This document shows, piece by piece, positions 20,573-30,411 of a stretch of DNA of 64,000 nt; the first letter of the stretch is position 1; each line of letters begins with the position of its first letter. Made by a program: the position numbers and the translations under genes. Where the stretch lies: assembly GCA_049591615.1 (NCBI GenBank), contig JBAWFD010000101.1, forward strand, positions 22,882-86,881. Reading direction: 5' to 3'. The DNA is from Gammaproteobacteria bacterium. Lineage in GTDB: Bacteria; Pseudomonadota; Gammaproteobacteria; Natronospirales; REEB76. The notes under the pieces are model-generated. The model saw nothing but the letters and a program-made list of their open reading frames with translations. It searched no databases and was not told the DNA's origin.

Positions 20573-21934
20573 ATGCATACTGATAAAGAGATTACATTGA
20601 TTGGCGCCGGCCTGGCCGGCAGCCTGCTGTCCATCTTCCTGGCGCGCCGTGGTCTCCAAGTGACGGTCTACGAACGCCAGCCCGACATGCGGCATCACGA
20701 CATCGCTGCCGGCCGATCCATCAATCTGGCCCTGGCCCAGCGTGGCATCCGGCCACTCAAAGAGGCTGGCATATTCGAACAGGTCTCGAAGCTCCTGATC
20801 CCCATGCGCGGACGCATGCTGCACGATGAGCAGGGCCACACGACACTGACACCTTACGGCCGTAAATCCACCGAAGTTATTCATTCGATCTCGCGGCCTG
20901 GTCTGAACAGATTGCTCATGAATGCCGCGCAGGCCGCGGGTGCCAACATACTGTTCCAGCAGCGTTGCGAGGACATGGATTTCGAAAATTCTACACTGAC
21001 ACTCAGTGATCAATCCGGCAAACAATATTCCATCAATGCCCACAGCGTGATCGCCACGGATGGCGGCGGATCGACGCTACGCCAGGCCCTGGTGAAACGG
21101 CTTGGCGTCAACGTGGTGGAAGATATCCTGCCCCACGGTTACAAGGAACTCGCCATCAACGCTGGTGCAGACGGCCACCATCGTTTGGATCGCGAAGCCT
21201 TGCACATCTGGCCACGCGGCGGTTACATGCTCATCGCCCTGCCGAACCTGGACGGCAGCTTCACGGTGACCTTGTTTTTGCCCATGCAAGGCGACCCCAG
21301 TTTTGCTTCCCTGGATAAGCCCAGGGCCGTGCTGAAATTCTTTGAGAAGAATTTCCCCGACGCTCTGCAGCTATTACCCAATCTGGAAAATGAATTCTTT
21401 GCACATCCCATCGGATTCATGGGCACGGTGCATTGCGCGCGCTGGCATGCGGATGGCAAGCTTCTGTTGCTGGGAGATGCCGCCCACGCCATCGTGCCTT
21501 TCCACGGTCAGGGCATGAACTGCGCCTTCGAGGATTGCCTGCTCCTGGACCGATGTCTGGATAAATACGGCGATGATTGGCAAAGCATATTCAGCGAGTT
21601 CGAGACCTTGCGTCGCCCGGATACCGAAGCCATCGCCGAGATGGCACTGGAAAACTACGTGGAGATGCGTGCTATGGTACGCAATTCCAGGTTCCAGCTG
21701 CAAAAGCAACTTGGCTTCCTGCTGGAAGAGCGTCACCCAGGCATATTCGTGCCACGCTACTCCATGGTGATGTTCCATCACTTACCTTATTCCGAGGCCA
21801 GGCGCCGCGGTGCGATTCAGCAACGGATACTTGACGATCTGACCGCTGATACTACGTCCCTCGAGCAGGTGGATTTTGAGCGCGCCGATGCGCTGATCGA
21901 TGAAACTCTCGGAACCAGCAGGATAGAGGCATGA
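20573..21934 (+). CDS. kmo: Kynurenine 3-monooxygenase (FAD)
   Basis: ITLIGAGLAGSLLSIFLARRG dinucleotide fold. LLGDAAHAIVPFHGQGMNCAFED FAD motif. Confidence 0.88.
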   Translation: MHTDKEITLIGAGLAGSLLSIFLARRGLQVTVYERQPDMRHHDIAAGRSINLALAQRGIRPLKEAGIFEQVSKLLIPMRGRMLHDEQGHTTLTPYGRKSTEVIHSISRPGLNRLLMNAAQAAGANILFQQRCEDMDFENSTLTLSDQSGKQYSINAHSVIATDGGGSTLRQALVKRLGVNVVEDILPHGYKELAINAGADGHHRLDREALHIWPRGGYMLIALPNLDGSFTVTLFLPMQGDPSFASLDKPRAVLKFFEKNFPDALQLLPNLENEFFAHPIGFMGTVHCARWHADGKLLLLGDAAHAIVPFHGQGMNCAFEDCLLLDRCLDKYGDDWQSIFSEFETLRRPDTEAIAEMALENYVEMRAMVRNSRFQLQKQLGFLLEERHPGIFVPRYSMVMFHHLPYSEARRRGAIQQRILDDLTADTTSLEQVDFERADALIDETLGTSRIEA

Positions 21935-22983
21935 ACACTCATCCTTTCCTTCAGGGCCTGGGCAGCAACCCCGATTTCCTACTGCAGAATTTTGACCTGG
22001 CAAATCGTCGTGCACTGGTGGTGCGGGTCAACGAGAGTGTTTACCGGGAAGCATCCTTCCTGGATGACCGCATATTAAATCCCCAGACGGAAGGATTCTG
22101 GCTGCCGCTGGAATCTGTGTTGCAGCAGACGGGCCAGCTTACACCCGCTAAGCCGCACTATATTTTCCATGTTGGGCATTGCGGTTCCACACTCATTTCG
22201 CGTCTGCTCGCGGAACTGCCTCATTGTCTACCGTTGCGGGAACCGATGTCGCTTTTAACTCTTGCAGTTGCCAGACGCGAACTGGGCCGTGTTTCTTCCT
22301 GGTTGACGACTGCGCAATGGAACCAGCTGCTACAGACTGCCATCAGCTCGCTCGCCAGGACTTACCGGAAATCTGATAAATCCCTGATTAAGGTCACCAG
22401 TAATGCAGGCAACCTGCTGGAATCCCTACTACCAGTATCGGAAGGGGACTCGCATATCTTGATGATGTATATCAGTCTGGAATCCTATCTGGCGGTTATG
22501 TTGCGGACTCAGGATCTTCGCGCCAGCATCCATGCTTTTTCACCTGTATGGATGACAGATTTCTGCCGTCTGACGGGAAGAACTGATCTGTGTTTAGCTG
22601 AACTCGGCGATGCACAACAAATCACTCTTAAATGGCTTGTTATCTTGATGCTGTTCGTGCGGGCGGGAACATCATCACAGTCTGAGTCACAATTGCTCAA
22701 CTTCGACAAATTCCTCATGAATCCTCTGGAGCGATTCATGCAGATAACCGGATTATTTAAACTTGAATGCGACATGGAAAAAGCTCGACAGCTGCTTGAT
22801 GGGCCTATGATGCAGAGATATTCCAAGATTCCAACGCAGAGCTTCAATCACACGCAACGCAATAGCGAACTGCGGGACGCGCGTCAGAAATTCCAGCCTG
22901 AGATTAATGCTGGCCTCAAGTGGGCAGAGACGCTATGTCGCGAAATACCCGCACTTGCGTCTGTGGCCGCTTATCTCGGTTAA
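21931..22983 (+). CDS. Hypothetical protein, sulfotransferase-fold-like
   Basis: HYIFHVGHCGSTLISRLLAELPHCLPLREP resembles the PAPS 5'-phosphosulfate-binding loop (G-x-x-R/x-S-G-S-T-L-L...EP). ATGA overlap with kmo. GC is visibly lower (~40-47% in sampled lines). Confidence 0.4.
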   Translation: MNTHPFLQGLGSNPDFLLQNFDLANRRALVVRVNESVYREASFLDDRILNPQTEGFWLPLESVLQQTGQLTPAKPHYIFHVGHCGSTLISRLLAELPHCLPLREPMSLLTLAVARRELGRVSSWLTTAQWNQLLQTAISSLARTYRKSDKSLIKVTSNAGNLLESLLPVSEGDSHILMMYISLESYLAVMLRTQDLRASIHAFSPVWMTDFCRLTGRTDLCLAELGDAQQITLKWLVILMLFVRAGTSSQSESQLLNFDKFLMNPLERFMQITGLFKLECDMEKARQLLDGPMMQRYSKIPTQSFNHTQRNSELRDARQKFQPEINAGLKWAETLCREIPALASVAAYLG

Positions 22984-23004
22984 ATACTGCTTGTATCGCC
23001 AAGC

Positions 23005-23505
23005 TTAGGCCACATTGCGAGGTAGCTTGCGCTCCAGCGTGATGAAGGAATACGGGTGGGCATTAAGCATGTCAGCTGCATGATCCTCGCGTGCTATCTC
23101 ACGCCAGCTTGAGGTATCAATCGCCGGGAAGAAGGTATCTGCATCGAAATGCGCGTGCACACGCGTCAGGTATATCCGCTGTGTCCGCGGCAAGGCCTCG
23201 TGGTAGATCTCGCCGCCGCCGATGACCATACTTTCTGCAGACCCAGCGGCCAGCACTAAAGCATCTGTGAATGACTGCGTGACTTCGCAGCCAGGAGGGC
23301 TGTAGCCAGGTCTACGGGAAACCACGATGTTGCGTCGCTCTGGCAAGGGCTTGCCGATGGCCTCGAACGTCTTGCGCCCCATGATGACCGGTTTGCCAAG
23401 TGTTATTGATTTGAAATGCTTGAGATCAGCCGGCAGATGCCATGGCATGCGGCCGGCCTTGCCGATCTCGTTGTTTTCACCAGCGGCAACAACCAGAGAA
23501 AGCAT
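23005..23505 (-). CDS. folA: Dihydrofolate reductase
   Basis: IGKAGRMPWHLPADLKHFKSITLGKPVIMGRKTFEAIG. Confidence 0.9.
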   Translation of the reverse strand: MLSLVVAAGENNEIGKAGRMPWHLPADLKHFKSITLGKPVIMGRKTFEAIGKPLPERRNIVVSRRPGYSPPGCEVTQSFTDALVLAAGSAESMVIGGGEIYHEALPRTQRIYLTRVHAHFDADTFFPAIDTSSWREIAREDHAADMLNAHPYSFITLERKLPRNVA

Positions 23506-23558
23506 TAATCCGACTTGGCACCGATCGGTGCTGTATTAATAGCGAACATGCAATGCGT

Positions 23559-24353
23559 TCAAACAGCGATCTGCGCTTTGATGGCGGAGTGGCTCTGGTA
23601 ACCGGTAATCTCGAAATCTTCATACTGATAATCGAACAGGCTCGGCGGTTTGCGCTTGATATGCAGGCTCGGTAATCGATGCGGTTCGCGTGATAATTGT
23701 TCATCCACCTGCTGCAGATGATTCAGATACAGATGGCAGTCGCCCCCGGTCCAGATGAACTCTCCCGGCTTGAGGCCAGTCTGTTGCGCGAGCATATGCG
23801 TGAGCAGTGCGTAGGAACAGATATTGAATGGCACGCCTAGGAAGATATCGGCGCTGCGTTGGTAGAGCTGGCAGGATAACCGGCCTTCGGCTACATAGAA
23901 CTGGAAGAACGCATGACAGGGTTGCAACGCCATCTCCTGCAGATCGGCCACGTTCCAGGCGCTGACGATGATGCGGCGCGAATCGGGGGTGTTACGCAGT
24001 TGCTCGAGCACCTTCTTTACCTGGTCGATATGGCGCCCATCCGGCGCCGGCCAGGAACGCCATTGATAACCGTACACCGGCCCGAGATCGCCATTCTCGT
24101 CTGCCCATTCATCCCAGATGCTGACGCCATGCTCATGCAGATATCGGGTATTGGTATCGCCACGCAAGAACCACAGGAGTTCATGGATGATGGAGCGGAA
24201 ATGCAGTTTCTTGGTGGTGACCGCCGGAAATCCTGCATTCAGGTCGAACCGCATCTGGTAACCGAATACCGAAAGCGTACCGGTGCCGGTACGGTCACTC
24301 TTGCGCGTACCATGGTCACGCACATGCCGCATGAGTTCCAGGTACTGTCGCAT
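23559..24353 (-). CDS. thyA: Thymidylate synthase
   Basis: [11 protein letters not shown]...DRTGTGT...[12 protein letters not shown]...[13 protein letters not shown]. Start at the internal ATG (24353), 264 aa. TGATG 1-nt overlap with lgt. Confidence 0.95.
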   Translation of the reverse strand: MRQYLELMRHVRDHGTRKSDRTGTGTLSVFGYQMRFDLNAGFPAVTTKKLHFRSIIHELLWFLRGDTNTRYLHEHGVSIWDEWADENGDLGPVYGYQWRSWPAPDGRHIDQVKKVLEQLRNTPDSRRIIVSAWNVADLQEMALQPCHAFFQFYVAEGRLSCQLYQRSADIFLGVPFNICSYALLTHMLAQQTGLKPGEFIWTGGDCHLYLNHLQQVDEQLSREPHRLPSLHIKRKPPSLFDYQYEDFEITGYQSHSAIKAQIAV

Positions 24354-25240
24354 CAGGCGACTCCAGTAGGTTGTTTGTGGCGGTAGGCAAGAATCAGTAA
24401 CACGATGCCAAGGATAATCAGCGGTAGCGAGAGAACCTGTCCCATGGTGAGCCAGCCGAAAGCCAGATAACCGAACTGCGGATCCGGCAGGCGCACGAAC
24501 TCCACCAGGAAACGGAAGATGCCGTACAGCAGTGCGAACAAGGCGGAGACCGCCATGCGCGGTCGCGGTTTGAGTGAGAACACCCACAGCACCACAAACA
24601 GCACCACGCCTTCCAGCAGGAACTCGTAGAGTTGCGATGGTTGGCGCGGCTGGCTGTAGCCGTTCACCAGGTGTTGGCAGTATTCACCACCAGAGAAGCG
24701 TGTGTTGATACAGGGGATGCGCATAGCCCATGGAAGAGTCGAAGGCTTGCCCCACAATTCACCATTGATGAAATTACCGATGCGCCCGGCTGCCAGCCCA
24801 ATGGGCACCACCACCGCGGCGAAGTCCGCTACCTCGAAATAGCGTTTGTGGTATTTGCGCGCGAACAACCCGAAGGCCGCCATCACCCCCAATAGGCCTC
24901 CATGAAAGCTCATGCCGCCGTCCCAAACCTGAAAGATATACAGAGGGTTCTGCCATTCGAGCCAATGGCCCTGATTGTCGTAGGCATAGAACAGCGTGTA
25001 GCCGATGCGTCCACCCAGCACCACGCCCAGAGCCACATAGAACAGCAGATCTGCGAGTTGCTCCTTACTCCAGCCGCTGCCGGGCCTGCGCGCGCGCAGG
25101 TAGGCGGCCAGATAGCAGCCGAGGAACCCCAGCAGGTAGGTGATCCCGTACCAGTGGATGGCGGGCTGGAACACATGGCCGAAGAGATGCCAGGTTCCAA
25201 GACTGAGTGCTACAGGATCAAAATCTGGGTAAGTCAGCAT
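24353..25240 (-). CDS. lgt: Phosphatidylglycerol-prolipoprotein diacylglyceryl transferase
   Basis: [21 protein letters not shown] and [13 protein letters not shown]. Start set at MLTYPDFDP (25240). Confidence 0.9.
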   Translation of the reverse strand: MLTYPDFDPVALSLGTWHLFGHVFQPAIHWYGITYLLGFLGCYLAAYLRARRPGSGWSKEQLADLLFYVALGVVLGGRIGYTLFYAYDNQGHWLEWQNPLYIFQVWDGGMSFHGGLLGVMAAFGLFARKYHKRYFEVADFAAVVVPIGLAAGRIGNFINGELWGKPSTLPWAMRIPCINTRFSGGEYCQHLVNGYSQPRQPSQLYEFLLEGVVLFVVLWVFSLKPRPRMAVSALFALLYGIFRFLVEFVRLPDPQFGYLAFGWLTMGQVLSLPLIILGIVLLILAYRHKQPTGVA

Positions 25241-25266
25241 GGGCTCGCAGTTTATCGGCTGGACCT

Positions 25267-26454
25267 TCAGGCGTCCACAACGCGCACGAAAAATGCCTTG
25301 AGATAACTGGTTTCGGGAATCGCCGGGTGTATAGGATGATCGGCCGACTGGCCGCCCTGCTCCAGCACCTGCACGTGACGGTCCAGGTGGCGGGCAGCCG
25401 ACTGAATGCCGGCGAGCAAGGCCTCGGCTGGCATATGGTAGGAACATGAGCAGGTGATCAGCAGACCGTCCCGCTCCAACACCTGCATACCGAGCTGGTT
25501 AAGTCGCTGGTAGGCTTCGCGGCCGGCCATGAGGTCTTTCTTGCGTTTCACGAACGCGGGCGGATCCAGGATCACCACGTCGAACTTTTCACCGACGGCG
25601 TGCAATTCCCGCAGCGCATCGAAGGCATCGGCTACGCGCACCTCGATCTGTACGTCGTTGAGCAGCGCATTACGCGTGGCTCGCGTCAGAGCCGCATTGG
25701 AGCTATCCACACATAGGGACTCGCGCGCCTGTTGGGCGACCGCCTGGATGCCCCAGGCACCCACATAGCTGAAGACATCCAGCACCCGCTTGCCGGGGAT
25801 GTAACGCAGCATGCGTCCGCGATTGTCATGCTGGTCGAAGAACCAGCCGGTCTTCTGGCCGCCTGTCAGCGGCACTTCGAATCGGCAGGCATGCTCTTCG
25901 ATACTCACCACATCGGGTACCTCGCCCTGCACTACTTCCGTATACAGCGGCAGGCCTTCCAGTTCACGGATACCCACATCATTACGCACCAGGATTCCGG
26001 AAGGTTTCATAACCTTCGTGAGCGCGGCCACGATGTCGGGCTTCATCGTCTCCATGCCGGCGGTGGTGATCTGCATCACCAGCACATCGCCATAACGGTC
26101 CACCACCAATCCGGGAAGATTGTCGGATTCGCCAAACACCAGGCGGTAAAACGGCTTGGCATACAGCCGGGCACGCAGCGACAAGGCGATATTCAGCCGA
26201 TGCACCAACAGGGAGCGATCCGGCACATGCTCCGCATCTCGCGACAGCAGGCGCGCGCAGATCAATGAGTTTGGATTGACATAGCCGCTGCCGATGGTGC
26301 GGCCGTTGGAAGCCTGGATCTCGATCAGCTCACCCGGCACAAAGGCTTTCAGGGGCGTGCGCGCGATATCCACCTCATTGCTGAAGACCCACAAGTGGCC
26401 GGCACGCAGGCGCCGATCTTCGTTCTTTTTCAAAATCAGCGGTGGCAATGACAT
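25267..26454 (-). CDS. rlmI: Class I SAM-dependent rRNA (cytosine-C5) methyltransferase, RlmI-like
   Basis: [26 protein letters not shown]-like N-terminus. [12 protein letters not shown]...ILDPPAF methyltransferase core. Start at MSLPP; the longer ORF runs into a REP element. Confidence 0.8.
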   Translation of the reverse strand: MSLPPLILKKNEDRRLRAGHLWVFSNEVDIARTPLKAFVPGELIEIQASNGRTIGSGYVNPNSLICARLLSRDAEHVPDRSLLVHRLNIALSLRARLYAKPFYRLVFGESDNLPGLVVDRYGDVLVMQITTAGMETMKPDIVAALTKVMKPSGILVRNDVGIRELEGLPLYTEVVQGEVPDVVSIEEHACRFEVPLTGGQKTGWFFDQHDNRGRMLRYIPGKRVLDVFSYVGAWGIQAVAQQARESLCVDSSNAALTRATRNALLNDVQIEVRVADAFDALRELHAVGEKFDVVILDPPAFVKRKKDLMAGREAYQRLNQLGMQVLERDGLLITCSCSYHMPAEALLAGIQSAARHLDRHVQVLEQGGQSADHPIHPAIPETSYLKAFFVRVVDA

Positions 26455-26462
26455 TGCATTAT

Positions 26463-26506
26463 CCCCCTCGCCCCGTTTGCGGGGAGAGGGATGGGGTGAG
26501 GGGTGG
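26463..26506 (-). repeat. REP-like intergenic hairpin repeat (copy a)
   Basis: The minus strand reads CCACCCCTCACCCCATCCCTCTCCCC-GCAAAC-GGGGCGAGGGGG. It lies between the rlmI start and the divergent DUF255 gene. Confidence 0.7.
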
Positions 26507-26554
26507 ATCATCAAAGGTCTATAGTGTGCTGCATTCTACCAATCTCATACTCCC

Positions 26555-28624
26555 ATGAGTGACCACTCACATACCAATAATCTATTCCACGAGACCAGTC
26601 CCTACCTGCTGCAACACGCCCATAATCCGGTGGACTGGCATGCATGGAATGACTCAGCACTGGCACTGGCGCGTGAACAGAATAAACCCATCCTGCTGTC
26701 CATCGGTTATTCCGCCTGCCATTGGTGCCACGTGATGGCCCACGAATCTTTCGAGGATCCGGATACCGCCGCGCTCATGAATAGTTCGTTTGTGAACATC
26801 AAGGTGGACCGGGAAGAGCGCCCGGACCTGGATCGGGTGTACCAGCTGGCGCATCAGATCCTGGCGCAGCGTGGCGGTGGCTGGCCCTTGACTGTATTTC
26901 TCACTCCGGACGACCTGACGCCGTTCTTCGCCGGCACCTATTTCCCTCTGGTACCGCGCTACGGCATGCCGTCCTTCAAGGAGGTGCTCACGCGCGTGAG
27001 CGCCTTCTACCGTGACCATCAGGAGCAGCTGCGGCAGCAAAACACAACGTTGCAGCAAATCTTTCTGCGTATGCAGGATGAAAACACCGGGCCGGCAAAC
27101 ACCTTGGACTCCACACCCATAGAAACTGCCCAGCACACGCTGGCACAGAGTTTCGATGCGCATTTCGGTGGCTTCGGCCGCGCTCCGAAATTCCCCCATA
27201 CGCCGGCCCTCGAATTCCTGCTGCGGCGTACTGGAGATGCCGCTCTGGATACGGAATCACGGAATCAGGCACGAAGCATGTTGACCACCACTCTCGTAGG
27301 CATGGCTAGGGGCGGCATTCATGATCAGTTGGGAGGCGGTTTTAGCCGCTATTCCGTAGACGCGGAATGGAACATCCCGCATTTCGAGAAAATGCTCTAC
27401 GACAACGGCCCCTTGCTGACGCTGTATGCGCAAGCCTGGGCGCTCACCGGCGACGTCTTATATAAGCGGGTGTCTGAAGGCATCGCCGACTGGGTGATGA
27501 ATGAGATGCAGTCGCCGGCCGGTGGTTACTACGCCAGCCTGGATGCGGACTCCGAGGGCCATGAAGGTCAGTACTACGTATGGGACCGGGAGGAGATCCG
27601 TGCTCTGCTCACGCAGCAGGAATATGCCGTATGCGCGCCGCATTACGCACTCGATAGCGCACCCAACTTCGAAGGCCACTGGCACCTGCGTGTGCGCCGA
27701 TCCCTGTCCGATGTGGCGCGTGCCGAGGGTCTGACCGATGCGCAGGCCGAGACCTTACTGCATTCCGCGCGTGCAAAACTGCTAGCGGTACGTGTTCAGC
27801 GTCTACGTCCGGCCCTCGATGACAAGGTGCTCACCGCCTGGAACGGCCTCATGATCGCCGGCATGGCCAGTGCCGGCCGCCTGCTTGACCGTCAAGACTG
27901 GATCGATTCGGCTAAACGTGCTGCGCAGTTTATCTATACGCGTCTGTGGCATGAACAACATTTGCGGGCTAGCTTCTGTGCGGAGCGCGCAGACCTGCCC
28001 GCCTACCTGGACGACTATGCCTTCCTGCTGGATGGGCTCTTGCAACTGCTGCAGGTTCGGTGGAATGCGGGATGGTTCGCTTGGATACAAGCTCTGGCAG
28101 ACACACTGCTCGCGCAGTTTGAAGACCCGACCCATGGCGGTTTCTGGTTCACGGCCCACGACCAGCCAACACCGCTGCAGCGTCCCAAAACCTTTGGTGA
28201 TGAGTCCATGCCGGCGGGAAATGCCATGGCCGCCCGCGCGTTGTTAAGTCTCGGCCACCTGTGTGCCGAACCCCGATATATCTATGCTGCTGAGCGCGCG
28301 CTCAAAGCGGCGCTGCCTTCCGCGAATCGATATCCCGACGGACATCTCTCAACCTTTATGGCCCTGTGTTCAGCGCTACAGCCACCTACGATGGTTATTC
28401 TGCGGGGACAAAAAGACAGGCTTCGCGAATGGCAGTCAGAATTAGACAAAAAGTACGATACACAGCGGGTGGCTCTGGCCATCCCGAATGATGTTTCAGG
28501 TTTGACCGGCCTGCTGGCCTATTGCGCGCCGCGGGGCAATATCTGCGCCTATGTTTGTCAGGGTACAAGCTGTTCCCTGCCGATAACTTCATTGGCTGAA
28601 CTGCTCAAGGCTCTGCCACCATGA
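26555..28624 (+). CDS. Thioredoxin-domain protein (DUF255 / YyaL, SPATA20-like) with an N-acylglucosamine-epimerase-like alpha-toroid
   Basis: [17 protein letters not shown]...[17 protein letters not shown] is the DUF255 signature. About 690 aa in length. Confidence 0.8.
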   Translation: MSDHSHTNNLFHETSPYLLQHAHNPVDWHAWNDSALALAREQNKPILLSIGYSACHWCHVMAHESFEDPDTAALMNSSFVNIKVDREERPDLDRVYQLAHQILAQRGGGWPLTVFLTPDDLTPFFAGTYFPLVPRYGMPSFKEVLTRVSAFYRDHQEQLRQQNTTLQQIFLRMQDENTGPANTLDSTPIETAQHTLAQSFDAHFGGFGRAPKFPHTPALEFLLRRTGDAALDTESRNQARSMLTTTLVGMARGGIHDQLGGGFSRYSVDAEWNIPHFEKMLYDNGPLLTLYAQAWALTGDVLYKRVSEGIADWVMNEMQSPAGGYYASLDADSEGHEGQYYVWDREEIRALLTQQEYAVCAPHYALDSAPNFEGHWHLRVRRSLSDVARAEGLTDAQAETLLHSARAKLLAVRVQRLRPALDDKVLTAWNGLMIAGMASAGRLLDRQDWIDSAKRAAQFIYTRLWHEQHLRASFCAERADLPAYLDDYAFLLDGLLQLLQVRWNAGWFAWIQALADTLLAQFEDPTHGGFWFTAHDQPTPLQRPKTFGDESMPAGNAMAARALLSLGHLCAEPRYIYAAERALKAALPSANRYPDGHLSTFMALCSALQPPTMVILRGQKDRLREWQSELDKKYDTQRVALAIPNDVSGLTGLLAYCAPRGNICAYVCQGTSCSLPITSLAELLKALPP

Positions 28625-29121
28625 AACAGGTGTTGCTAATACGGCATGCTGAGGCGGAAGTACCAGCGGACGCCATGCTCGCCGGTCGCAGCGATGCACA
28701 ACGCCGGCTCACCAGTGCCGGCGTACATCAGATGCGCAATGGTGTTGCGGGTCTCGCCACCCTGGCGGATGACATACACGTGATCCTCTCCAGTCCCCTC
28801 GTGCGCGCAATCCAGACCGCCGAAATTCTCTCGACGGCATTCCCGAAAGCAGAGCGTCTGCAACATGCGCGCCTGGCGCCGGGTTTCGATGCCGGCAAAC
28901 TGCTGGCATGGGTCGCACGCCAAACCAGCGGGATCGCACTAGTGGGCCACGAACCTGATCTCAGCTTGTGGATCGGCTACATGACTATCGGCATTTCCCG
29001 CGGCTTGGTGCACATGAAAAAAGGTAGCGTCTGCCGCCTGGACATGCCTGATCATTGCCAGCCAGGCGAAGCTCGCATCGCCTGGTGCCTGACCCTAAAG
29101 CAACTGGTAAGACTTGGCTAA
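28621..29121 (+). CDS. sixA: Histidine phosphatase family protein, SixA-like
   Basis: LLIRHAEAE (RHG-type motif) ...VGHEPDL. ATGA overlap with the upstream gene. Confidence 0.7.
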   Translation: MKQVLLIRHAEAEVPADAMLAGRSDAQRRLTSAGVHQMRNGVAGLATLADDIHVILSSPLVRAIQTAEILSTAFPKAERLQHARLAPGFDAGKLLAWVARQTSGIALVGHEPDLSLWIGYMTIGISRGLVHMKKGSVCRLDMPDHCQPGEARIAWCLTLKQLVRLG

Positions 29122-29190
29122 TGCACAGGGAGTGCCTAATCGGAGTGATCTGCTGCAAGTACCTGATTCATCTGCACCAATTTATGCTTG

Positions 29191-29204
29191 AGCTTGTACA
29201 AGCT
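29191..29204. promoter_or_regulatory. Perfect 14-bp palindrome upstream of the ECF sigma gene
   Basis: AGCTTGTACAAGCT at 29191-29204, followed by GCTTTTAAGC and GCTTAAGC. It is about 90 nt upstream of the sigma start. Confidence 0.3.
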
Positions 29205-29293
29205 TTTAAGCGTGCTTAAGCAGAGATGGATGGTCTAAAACGTCAAATCAATATCAGCTATATTTCCTTCCCCAGTAAACCCTTTCTACCCCG

Positions 29294-29887
29294 ATGTCAT
29301 CTACTAAGGATATGGGAACCGCCCTTGTATCCATGACCCCTATAGAGGCCTGGAAGGAAAGCCCCGAGGAGGCGGCCGGGCTGGTGAGCCGCGCCCAGGC
29401 CGGCGATACGGCTGCATTCGAGCGGCTCTACCGGCAGCATGCAGGCCGCATGTATGCCGTGTGCCTGCGCATCATCGCCGATCGGCCCGCGGCCGAGGAA
29501 TGTACCCAGGATGCCTTCGTCCGTGCCTGGGGCGCGCTCGACAAATTCCGCGGTGATAGCAGTTTTGGCACTTGGCTGACGCGCATCGCCATCAACGTGG
29601 CACTGCAGCGACTGAAGCTCGACCGGCGGCACCTGCGCCTGATTCAACCCGACGGCGAAAAGATATTGGAGAGCTTGCCGGGGGCTTCAGATACACCCGA
29701 GGCAGATATGGATCTTGAACGTCTGATCGCGTCGTTGCCCCCTGCTGCGCGCATGGTATTCGTGCTGCACGCCATCGAGGGCTATAGCCATGAGGAAATT
29801 GCGGAGTTGACCGGCAGGTCTATCGGTACCTGCAAGGCGCACGTGCACCGAGCACGGCAAATATTGCAAGCGAGGATGCAGATATGA
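29294..29887 (+). CDS. ECF-type RNA polymerase sigma-70 factor
   Basis: Region 2 (FERLYRQHAGRMYAVCLRI...AEECTQDAFVRAW) and region 4 (EGYSHEEIAELTGRSIGTCKAHVHRAR). Confidence 0.85.
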   Translation: MSSTKDMGTALVSMTPIEAWKESPEEAAGLVSRAQAGDTAAFERLYRQHAGRMYAVCLRIIADRPAAEECTQDAFVRAWGALDKFRGDSSFGTWLTRIAINVALQRLKLDRRHLRLIQPDGEKILESLPGASDTPEADMDLERLIASLPPAARMVFVLHAIEGYSHEEIAELTGRSIGTCKAHVHRARQILQARMQI

Positions 29888-30411
29888 ATATACATGATGA
29901 AAAGCGACTGGACGCTGGCCTGGCAAAACTGCCGCGCAGCATCGAACCTCAACAGGACCTGTGGCCTGGAATCTATGCACGCATCACGCAACACCAGTCG
30001 CTGCGTTCGCGCCGTAGCGGGAGCTACGGTCTCGCAGCCGCAGCGCTGCTGGTGGTCGGTGTAGCCGCTGTCTGGATCAGCCTCAACCTACACGCACCTG
30101 CACCAGACAAAAATTTAGCTGAGGTTGTGCCGCACACAAAATCCACACAGGCCATGCCTAATGATCTAAATCTTCAATTTGCAGCACAACTTGCCAGCGA
30201 TAAAGGCCTGCCATCAGCGGCGCGCATGGCGCTGGTGGATAATTTGCGTATTATCCATGACGCTATCCTCCGCACTCAGGCAGCGGTGAAGAAATATCCC
30301 AGTGATGTAAACCTGCAATCACTGTTACTTGATTTATATCAGCAGGAGGCCCGGCTGATGGCCGAAGCCCAGCAGGCCCAGATCCAAACTACTATGAGGA
30401 CTACACTATGA
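29884..30411 (+). CDS. Putative membrane-anchored anti-sigma factor
   Basis: ATGA overlap with the sigma gene. Single TM segment (YGLAAAALLVVGVAAVWISL) between the cytoplasmic and periplasmic parts. Confidence 0.55.
   Translation: MNIHDEKRLDAGLAKLPRSIEPQQDLWPGIYARITQHQSLRSRRSGSYGLAAAALLVVGVAAVWISLNLHAPAPDKNLAEVVPHTKSTQAMPNDLNLQFAAQLASDKGLPSAARMALVDNLRIIHDAILRTQAAVKKYPSDVNLQSLLLDLYQQEARLMAEAQQAQIQTTMRTTL

Noticed and set aside
24354-24587. A 78-codon N-terminal extension of thyA in the ORF track. Similar extensions occur on lgt (25241-25447), amgK (6851-7027), lptD (6632-6880), the ABC transporter (50186-50287), argD (60972-61067), argG (56506-56556) and the unknown arg gene (55313-55393).
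   Set aside because: The extensions overlap upstream genes or regulatory DNA and have non-protein-like composition. The conserved family N-termini begin at the internal starts used in the feature table.
26455-26514. The extra N-terminal peptide MMIHPSPHPSPRKRGEGDNA on rlmI.
   Set aside because: It is encoded by a REP-like hairpin repeat. The same PSP/GEG strings appear wherever the repeat is translated.
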